Source of the DNA: an uncultured Myxococcales bacterium
Lineage (GTDB): Bacteria; Myxococcota_A; Polyangia; Palsa-1104; JAEUJZ01
Direction of reading: 5' to 3'
Assembly (NCBI GenBank): GCA_964537055.1
Contig: CAZHYV010000008.1
Location: forward strand, 52,773 to 116,772
DNA: 64,000 bases
Shown in pieces: positions 57,638 to 64,000 of the stretch. The notes beneath the pieces were generated by a model. That model made no database searches, was not told the DNA's origin, and saw only the letters and a program-made list of their open reading frames with translations. Position numbers and translations under genes: made by a program. The number at the start of each line of letters is the position of its first letter. Position 1 is the stretch's first letter.

Positions 57638-58300
57638 ATGCTGAAGAGAAAAAGTTGGCTACTTTTGGGTATCATTGTCTCCTTCATCAAATTCGAAGAG
57701 GTCGCTTTTTCAGAGGAATCGTTGCAGCCTCCTCCCACCGTTACTGGAATAGGAGAGAAGAATGCTTTGCAGAAAGAACCCCCTCGTCTGCTATACAAAC
57801 GAGGAATTGGATTTACCGGGATCCTTGCCAACCAACTTTGGGATTTTCAGAGCCCTTACTATGGGTATTTTACAGGAGGCGTGACGTTTGATTTTCACTA
57901 TCGCCTAGATCCTTATCTTACCTTTGAACTCTCGCTGGGAGGGCTTGGTGTCCACCGAGCGTATAATATGATTACAGGGGATAGAGCCGCTTCCTACGGA
58001 GAATTTTTAGCGACCATTGGTTTGCGGGTATACTTGCTTAAACTTCCTGTCAACCAAATGAAGTTTCATCCAATGCCATTTTTAGTCTTTGCGATTCAAA
58101 ATACGCTTGGGTTTGGGATCAAAGATAATGATTTGGTGGTCCTGCCTACAGTTGGTTTTCATTTAGGGGGAGGGGTCGAGCTTCGATTGAATGAATCTTG
58201 GGTATTTTACGGAGACCTTCGAGGGATTGTAAGGTTTGATACACATTCAGATCGGTTCGGTGGTTTTCGCACGGCCATTGGTTTTACGCATTATTATTAA
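57638..58300 (+). CDS. Putative outer-membrane beta-barrel protein
   Basis: Signal peptide LLLGIIVSFIKF; alternating hydrophobic pattern; aromatic C-terminus FTHYY. Confidence 0.35.
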   Translation: MLKRKSWLLLGIIVSFIKFEEVAFSEESLQPPPTVTGIGEKNALQKEPPRLLYKRGIGFTGILANQLWDFQSPYYGYFTGGVTFDFHYRLDPYLTFELSLGGLGVHRAYNMITGDRAASYGEFLATIGLRVYLLKLPVNQMKFHPMPFLVFAIQNTLGFGIKDNDLVVLPTVGFHLGGGVELRLNESWVFYGDLRGIVRFDTHSDRFGGFRTAIGFTHYY

Positions 58301-58389
58301 TGAGATGTTTTTAGCCAACGCTCGTAAGAGCTCCTTATCGTAGTTAGGGAATGCTTGATCAAGCGAGGGGCTTATGTTAACCCTATCAG

Positions 58390-58791
58390 ATGCCAAGTGT
58401 GTTCAGTCGTATCATTGAGGGTAGCTTGCCTGCCCGGTTTGTTTATCAAGATGCCGAGTGTGTTGCTTTTTTGAGCATTGCTCCGCTTCGGAGGGGACAT
58501 ACGCTTGTGGTTCCTCGAAGAGAGATAGACCATTGGCTTGATCTGCCAGAACCACTACTGCATCACCTAATGAGCGTTGCAAAGCGGATCGGAACAGCGA
58601 TGAACCAAGTTCTTCCTTCCGAGAAGGTGGGGATGATGATTGCAGGTCTTGAGGTGCCTCACGTCCACATTCATCTTGTGCCTGTAGATGAGGCGCAAGA
58701 TTTAAATTTTGAAAAACAGAACGCTCACCCTGATCCAAAAGAACTGGACCAGATTGCACAGACGTTACAGAGTGCTATCGCTTCCTCATAA
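58390..58791 (+). CDS. HIT-family hydrolase
   Basis: Histidine triad HVHIHLVP. Confidence 0.85.
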   Translation: MPSVFSRIIEGSLPARFVYQDAECVAFLSIAPLRRGHTLVVPRREIDHWLDLPEPLLHHLMSVAKRIGTAMNQVLPSEKVGMMIAGLEVPHVHIHLVPVDEAQDLNFEKQNAHPDPKELDQIAQTLQSAIASS

Positions 58792-58802
58792 AGCCTACTT
58801 AT

Positions 58803-59699
58803 ATGAGTTTAAACATCGAAGACTATTTAGCCAGCCATAAGAAGAACATTGATGTGCAATTGTCGCAAACTTTGAAGACACTGCAGCCCGATATCCCGAA
58901 GATGCTCTATCAAGCAATGTCCTATAGTTTGTTATCTTCCGGGAAGAGACTTCGGCCCATTTTGGCCATGGCTGCTTGTCAAAGCGTGAAGGGAGATGTT
59001 GAGAAGATCGGTCCTCTCCTTTGTGCGCTTGAGATGATCCATGCCTACTCGTTAGTGCAAGACGACCTTCCTTGTATGGATAATGACGAATTTCGTCGAG
59101 GACAACTTACCTGCCACAAAGTGTTTGGTGAGGGGTTGGCTCTTTTGGCAAGCGATGCTCTTCTTACAGAGGCAATTCATTTGGTAGTCCGAGCAGAGAT
59201 TTCTAAAGAGAACCGCCTTAGGATTCTAGAGGAAATCCTTAGCGCAAGCGGTGCAAAAGGCATGGTGGGAGGTCAAGTGCTCGATTTATCAGGGGACAGA
59301 GCGGGAATGACAGAGGAAGAGCTTTCAGTCGTTCATGAGATGAAAACGGGGGCCCTTATCAGTGCCTCTATCCGTTGTGGGGCCTTCTTTGGAAATGCTT
59401 CCGACTCAGCAGTAGAAGCATTAACGCACTATGGAAAAGCCTTGGGCTTAGCCTATCAGATAGTCGATGACATTTTAGATGCTACTTCAAATTTAAAGGA
59501 GCTTGGAAAGAACCCAAAGGCGGATGAGCGGACAGGAAAGAAAACCTTTGTTTCTTTGCTAGGGGTCGACGGGGCCAAGAATCGGGCGAATGAATGCATG
59601 AAAGAGGGATTCAAGCTGTTGAGGTCTCTTGGTTCTGCGGCTCAACCTCTTTCTGAAATAGGACGTATGGTCTTAAAGCGGTGCTCTTCCACTAAATAA
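58803..59699 (+). CDS. ispA: Polyprenyl (geranylgeranyl/farnesyl) diphosphate synthase
   Basis: FARM motif LVQDDLPCMDNDEFRRG and SARM motif IVDDILD. Confidence 0.85.
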   Translation: MSLNIEDYLASHKKNIDVQLSQTLKTLQPDIPKMLYQAMSYSLLSSGKRLRPILAMAACQSVKGDVEKIGPLLCALEMIHAYSLVQDDLPCMDNDEFRRGQLTCHKVFGEGLALLASDALLTEAIHLVVRAEISKENRLRILEEILSASGAKGMVGGQVLDLSGDRAGMTEEELSVVHEMKTGALISASIRCGAFFGNASDSAVEALTHYGKALGLAYQIVDDILDATSNLKELGKNPKADERTGKKTFVSLLGVDGAKNRANECMKEGFKLLRSLGSAAQPLSEIGRMVLKRCSSTK

Positions 59700-59800
59700 T
59701 TGTGCAAAAATTTCCCATTCACCCTTTCGTAGTACAAGAAGGTTGACAAAAGAGGGATGTATCGCGCAACGTAGGAGTAGATAAAACGATAGAAAGGGAG

Positions 59801-60319
59801 TTGCCGATGAAGCTGTATCCAGCACAAATACCTACCATCAGCCAAGATGTGATTAGAAGGCTCACTGAAGGGGAAGATATTGAGGTTGAAAACCGAGAAG
59901 AAGCCCAGCTTGATGTCGAAGCTATCCTAAAAGAATACCTTCGTTTGGATAGAGAGTTTACCGAGCGTGCAAAACAGACCATGGAGGTAAGAGGGCTTTC
60001 ATACAGTCAATTTGGAAGAATTAAGAGAAGTTTTGCTGAAGATAAAGGCCTTTCTACAGATGAGGAAGTGATTGGGTATTTAACAAACCAAATCTTAGAA
60101 AGTTTTATGAACTCATCTCATATCGCTGAAGTCTTTACAGAAGAGGGCGCGCTGCGGAGGAAAGTACAGCAGCTTCTGAAAAAGCATCTGCTGCTTGAGA
60201 GTGAATTAGATCAAGAAGTACGAAATCGTATTAAAAACCTTGAGGAAGGAACATCCACCTGGGAGATTGAGTACCAAAAAAACATGGAGCAGATTAAGAG
60301 AAAGCACAAGCTTGTCTAG
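59801..60319 (+). CDS. DUF507-like acidic helical protein
   Basis: MKLYPAQIPTISQDVIRRLTEGEDIEV.... I recall this as the DUF507 pattern; that recollection is not verified. Confidence 0.3.
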   Translation: MPMKLYPAQIPTISQDVIRRLTEGEDIEVENREEAQLDVEAILKEYLRLDREFTERAKQTMEVRGLSYSQFGRIKRSFAEDKGLSTDEEVIGYLTNQILESFMNSSHIAEVFTEEGALRRKVQQLLKKHLLLESELDQEVRNRIKNLEEGTSTWEIEYQKNMEQIKRKHKLV

Positions 60320-60327
60320 GATGGGTG

Positions 60328-60807
60328 CTACAGATACATCCAGACGTCAGATAGCCGTTCTTGGAGGTCTTTGGTTGGTAAAGAAGTATAATCTTTATCA
60401 ACAGTTGCCTTCACCAACTTTTTGATTTGTTCCGTCAGAATCCCTCGCAGTATCCCTAAAAATTGAGGATTTGCGACAATCAAAAGGTTATCGTAGCTGC
60501 GCTCTCTATGCCCTTTTGCTAAGACATCTGCAAGAAAACGGGCAAACTGTTGATGTTCTGCTTCTTTCGGGGTGATATGTGGTTCCATTCCAGAACGGCT
60601 TCCCTTTCCCAGGGTCCCGTTTCCTTGACCATTGACTGCAGATTGTTGCACACGGCCAGGACGGTCAGTCACCAAGTCCTGATCTTTTAACCGGCTTTCT
60701 GGATGATCGATGGTCTCTAAAAGAGCCCAGGGCTGATTTTTCTTTGTTCCTTCAAAAATACGCGCTTTGCTTGCATCACATACCAGAATCCACGTCGTTT
60801 GAATCAT
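60328..60807 (-). CDS. Host-attachment-family (Host_attach, eRF1/Dom34-like fold) protein
   Basis: N-terminal TWILVCDASKARIFE, which matches the Host_attach family start as I recall it; 159 aa. Confidence 0.45.
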   Translation of the reverse strand: MIQTTWILVCDASKARIFEGTKKNQPWALLETIDHPESRLKDQDLVTDRPGRVQQSAVNGQGNGTLGKGSRSGMEPHITPKEAEHQQFARFLADVLAKGHRERSYDNLLIVANPQFLGILRGILTEQIKKLVKATVDKDYTSLPTKDLQERLSDVWMYL

Positions 60808-60822
60808 ACCATTTTCCTTTAC

Positions 60823-61536
60823 TCAAGTTGGTTTCCTTGAGGTGCTGGCTCTGCGTAACGCTAACATGTTAGCCGCGTAGTCGTCGCTTGCAAACACCCC
60901 TGAGCCTGAGACGACCATATCTGCCCCAGCCTCACTAATTTTTTGAATGTTTTCTAAGGTAACTCCGCCGTCTACCTCAATCTGAAAGGGAAGTCCCCGG
61001 GTCTTACGAAGTATAGCGAGCTCTTGAATCTTTGGCAAAATGCTCTGCAAAAATATTTGTCCTCCAAACCCAGGATTGACCGTCATGATAAGAACCCTGT
61101 CGATTTGATCAAGAACATACTCAAGCACTGATAAAGGGGTCGAGGGGTTCAAGGCCACCCCTGTTTTGGCACCCGATGCCTTGATTTGTTGCAGCACCCT
61201 GTGTAGATGCACGCAGGCTTCCGCATGGATATGGATTAGAGAGGCACCAGCTTCTGTGTAACGCTCGATCCACAGCTCAGGCTGTTCAATCATCAAATGT
61301 ACATCCAAATGAAGACTCGTCGCTTTACGGATCGCTTGAACCCCGATGGGACCAAAAGTAAGGTTGGGAACAAAATGTCCATCCATGATATCGACATGGA
61401 TTGCGTCTGCACCTGCCTGGGTTAGCTTTTTTACTTCTTCCGCAAGCCTTCCAAAGTCAGCGGACAAAATCGAAGGGGCAATCAAGGCCATAGTTTGATG
61501 ATAAGCAGCTTCGCGAAGAAACGCAACGAATTGCAT
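60823..61536 (-). CDS. rpe: Ribulose-phosphate 3-epimerase
   Basis: HVDIMDGHFVPNLTFG and the C-terminal GADMVVSGSGVF. Confidence 0.92.
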   Translation of the reverse strand: MQFVAFLREAAYHQTMALIAPSILSADFGRLAEEVKKLTQAGADAIHVDIMDGHFVPNLTFGPIGVQAIRKATSLHLDVHLMIEQPELWIERYTEAGASLIHIHAEACVHLHRVLQQIKASGAKTGVALNPSTPLSVLEYVLDQIDRVLIMTVNPGFGGQIFLQSILPKIQELAILRKTRGLPFQIEVDGGVTLENIQKISEAGADMVVSGSGVFASDDYAANMLALRRASTSRKPT

Positions 61537-61679
61537 CTTAAATCTGCTGCACCCTGCACCGAGAGTATGGTAATTTGCACTGGTTTAGGCAACGGCTTCT
61601 TCCTTTTTCGCTGAGCTTAGGGTGGTACAGAGAGGACCAGGGTTTAAGACGAGAGTCTAATATAATGACAGAAGGTACC

Positions 61680-62564
61680 ATGATGATTTTTGACTCTTTC
61701 GGAAGTATTCAGCAGACGCTCTATCGAATGGTTCGGTACTTTGCTGACCATCAAGTTGAAACTCCACGGCTTGATGCTGAATTAATTCTAAGCTATGTCC
61801 TTGGGATTTCGCGGGTGGAGCTATATACCCGAGGTGCCGAGCCGATAGATTCTCGCTTGCAAGAAGAGCTGTCGGACCTTATCTACCGTAGAGGGCAGGG
61901 TGAGCCTGTGGCTTATTTGCTCGGGCAAAAAGAATTTTTTTCCCTTCCTCTGTTTGTGACGTCTGCAGTCTTAATTCCTCGTCCAGAGACAGAAGTTTTG
62001 GTGGAAGTTGCCTTAAAAAGGCTTCGCGATCGACGGAACCATGAAGAACGAAGGGGGGGGAATTCTTTGGGGGTAGATGTGGGAACGGGTTCTGGGGCGG
62101 TCGCAATTGCACTTTGTAAAGAACAACCTAACCTTTGCATGGTAGCAACCGATCAAAGCCAAGAAGCCCTACAAATTGCCAGAGTGAACGTGGCCCGGCT
62201 TGGGATTCCTTTGCAGTTGGTCCGGGCAAATTTGCTTGCCGGGTTCGCTCAGGCAGCGCAATTTGACTTGATCGTCTCCAATCCACCCTACATACCTACA
62301 GCGGATATTGCGCATCTGTCGAGAGAGGTACGAAAAGAGCCCCATGCGGCCCTTGATGGGGGGGCTGATGGGCTTGTCCTCGTTCGTGCCTTAATCAAAG
62401 AAGCGTATAGTCGTCTTCGGTCGATGGGGTGCCTGACTTTAGAAATTGGGTTTGATCAAGCAGAGCGTGTTCGAGAAGAGATGGTTCAGCGTGGCTATGT
62501 GGATATTGAGACGACCTTTGATCTGGCCCATCTCCCTCGGATTGTATCTGGGAAAAAGCCATAA
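61680..62564 (+). CDS. prmC: Release-factor glutamine N5-methyltransferase PrmC/HemK
   Basis: VSNPPYIP and GTGSGAVAIAL. The start is uncertain: the track ORF begins at 61575, and ATGs with SD-like context lie at 61665 and 61680. Confidence 0.8.
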   Translation: MMIFDSFGSIQQTLYRMVRYFADHQVETPRLDAELILSYVLGISRVELYTRGAEPIDSRLQEELSDLIYRRGQGEPVAYLLGQKEFFSLPLFVTSAVLIPRPETEVLVEVALKRLRDRRNHEERRGGNSLGVDVGTGSGAVAIALCKEQPNLCMVATDQSQEALQIARVNVARLGIPLQLVRANLLAGFAQAAQFDLIVSNPPYIPTADIAHLSREVRKEPHAALDGGADGLVLVRALIKEAYSRLRSMGCLTLEIGFDQAERVREEMVQRGYVDIETTFDLAHLPRIVSGKKP

Positions 62565-62718
62565 CCTGTGTGGATGCAGTGATAAACAAGTTTGCGCAAT
62601 TTGTATTCGAGCCAGCGCTTTCTAGGCCTTTGCGGCAAAGAGGTCTATCAAAAGTACTTTGCATTAGCGACAAGCTGCATTATAAATACGCATACAACCC
62701 TTTCGTAAAAGGATCTTT

Positions 62719-63753
62719 ATGAAGATAAAAACGCTCCTCCTGTCGGTAATCGCTCTTTTGGGAATCTGCAGACCCGCAAATGCAGACAAAATTCAAATCA
62801 AGCTTGGTACGTTAGCACCAGATGGATCTTCGTGGCACTTACTTTTGAAGCAGGCAGCCCAAGAAGCAGAAAAAGCGGCGAAGGATTGGACCGAAAAGAA
62901 TCCAACACAGCCCGTTGAGTTAAAGTTTATGATTTATGCTGGTGGAAAAATGGGTAGCGAAGGCGACATGCTGACCAAACTACGGGTCAATGCCTTACAA
63001 GCCGCAGCCATGAGCACCATTGGCATGCATCAAATTGCTCCTGATCCTCAAGCATTAGATATTCCTCTACTGCTTGATACCTACGAAGAACGGGATCACT
63101 TGCTTGAGCAGATGAAGCCGGAACTGGAGAAGATTCTTTCTTCAAAAGGGTACACTGTACTGACGTGGAGCGAGATCGGATTTACTCGTTTCTTCTCGAC
63201 AAAAGCTAGGCCCACTCTTGCCGATATGAGAAGCGCGAAGCTATTTTCTTGGGATGGGGATCCTAAAAGCACAGATGCTTGGAAGGCAGGCGGGTTTAAC
63301 CCTGTGGTTCTAAGCAGCGTGGAGATGGTAACTTCTTTACAGACGGGAATGATTGATACGATCCTCTATCCGCCCGCTGTAGTTCTTGGAATTCGCGCCC
63401 ATGAGAAGGCGAACTACATGCTCGATTTAAAATGGTCCACTCTAACCGGAGCGATGATTGTAAAAAATGATACTTGGGAAAAAATCCCCGAAAAACTCCG
63501 TCCTGCCATTTTAGAAATTTTCCGCGAAAAAGGAAAAAAGATTTTTGTAGAGGCTCGAGAAATGGAGAGGGACGCTATTTCGAAGATGAGGTCTTTGGGT
63601 GTAACAGAGGTCAAAGTGCAGGATCGTGCTGCTTGGGATGAGATGAAAGCGACGCTTTATAAGGCAATTAATGGGAAGGTGGTTCCTGCGGCTACTTTTG
63701 AGCGGATCACAAAAATTCTCTCTGAATACCGCGCCAAAAAAGGAAAGAAGTAG
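62719..63753 (+). CDS. TRAP-type transporter periplasmic substrate-binding protein (DctP-like)
   Basis: Signal peptide LLLSVIALLGICRPANA. Size and composition are typical of an extracytoplasmic solute receptor, but the family assignment is tentative. Confidence 0.5.
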   Translation: MKIKTLLLSVIALLGICRPANADKIQIKLGTLAPDGSSWHLLLKQAAQEAEKAAKDWTEKNPTQPVELKFMIYAGGKMGSEGDMLTKLRVNALQAAAMSTIGMHQIAPDPQALDIPLLLDTYEERDHLLEQMKPELEKILSSKGYTVLTWSEIGFTRFFSTKARPTLADMRSAKLFSWDGDPKSTDAWKAGGFNPVVLSSVEMVTSLQTGMIDTILYPPAVVLGIRAHEKANYMLDLKWSTLTGAMIVKNDTWEKIPEKLRPAILEIFREKGKKIFVEAREMERDAISKMRSLGVTEVKVQDRAAWDEMKATLYKAINGKVVPAATFERITKILSEYRAKKGKK

Positions 63754-63764
63754 TTCCTCTTTTT

Positions 63765-64000
63765 ATGCTGGTTCTTGCTTCTAGCTCTCCTCGACGTATC
63801 GATATGCTACGAACCGTAGGTATATCTCACCAGGTTCATCCCGTTGATATTGACGAGACACCAAAACCTGGAGAAGACCCGAGCACCCTTGTTCTTCGAC
63901 TGAGCCAATCGAAGGCGGATGCGGCGGCTCCGTTTTATCCGGGACAGCCTCTCTTAGGAGCCGATACCATGGTGGTCGCGCAGAACTCGATTTTGGGAAA
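63765..64000 (+). CDS. maf: Maf-family nucleotide pyrophosphatase / septum formation inhibitor; N-terminal part, running off the window end
   Basis: MLVLASSSPRRIDMLRTVGI ... LLGADTMV. Confidence 0.8.
   Translation, partial: MLVLASSSPRRIDMLRTVGISHQVHPVDIDETPKPGEDPSTLVLRLSQSKADAAAPFYPGQPLLGADTMVVAQNSILG

Noticed and set aside
57562-57891. 109-aa ORF overlapping the OMP-like gene
   Set aside because: It overlaps the start of the 57638 gene in a different frame. The OMP-like gene has a signal peptide and the overlapping ORF has no features.
1-64000. Searched for CRISPR arrays, tRNA T-loop signatures (GGTTCGAATCC-like), and transposase, integrase or phage genes
   Set aside because: No regularly spaced direct repeats, no convincing tRNA-like segments and no mobile-element genes were found by eye. 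The low-GC islets lack recombinase genes within the window.

Overview
The window is a 64 kb chromosomal segment of a diderm (Gram-negative) bacterium at about 49% GC. I cannot place it by sequence alone; the many lipoproteins, Sel1/Hcp-like proteins, a DUF507-like protein and GGDEF/PilZ signalling fit a Bdellovibrio-like or other environmental or host-associated lineage, but this is unresolved. Gene density is high, with many ATGA stop/start overlaps, and I recognised no rRNA, tRNA, CRISPR array, transposase, integrase or phage gene.

About half the genes are recognisable housekeeping genes:
- biosynthesis and metabolism: aroA, aroB, eno, coaE, rpe, ispA-like GGPP synthase, an agmatinase/arginase-family ureohydrolase, NUDIX, HIT, CutA, IscA and a CobW-type GTPase;
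- translation and RNA: argS, pepA, ybeY, hflX, prmC, maf, aat and an RNase II-family protein;
- envelope, stress and regulation: htrA, thioredoxin, fur, uspA, comEC, rmuC, a LOG-family protein, a diacylglycerol-kinase-family lipid kinase, a fused TRAP permease with a distant TRAP substrate-binding protein, and an M48 peptidase.

The other half are signal-peptide or lipobox proteins of unknown function, several of them in paralogous families or built from internal repeats.

The most notable items are:
- a secreted protein family carrying the zinc-metalloprotease-like motif HEARHS in two distant copies, one fused to FG-GAP-like calcium-binding repeats;
- a contiguous minus-strand block PilZ, 10-repeat lipoprotein, FtsB-like, membrane GAF-GGDEF, aroA, aroB, with two ATGA overlaps, coupling c-di-GMP signalling to shikimate-pathway genes;
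- a tightly overlapped rmuC, LOG, RNase II-like operon in which the RNase lacks the N-terminal cold-shock domains and seems to have Gln in place of one catalytic Asp;
- an AT-richer islet holding an orphan HicB-like protein with an Arg/His/Ser-rich tail, followed by a 740-aa anchored repeat protein, a small ORF and a DUF2335-like membrane protein;
- a HEAT-repeat extension fused to an RlmL-type RNA methyltransferase;
- tandem cysteine-paired Sel1 (Hcp-like) proteins;
- an enolase with an internal insertion of about 35 aa.

The ORF track allows non-ATG starts, so several starts were moved to internal ATGs with Shine-Dalgarno support.
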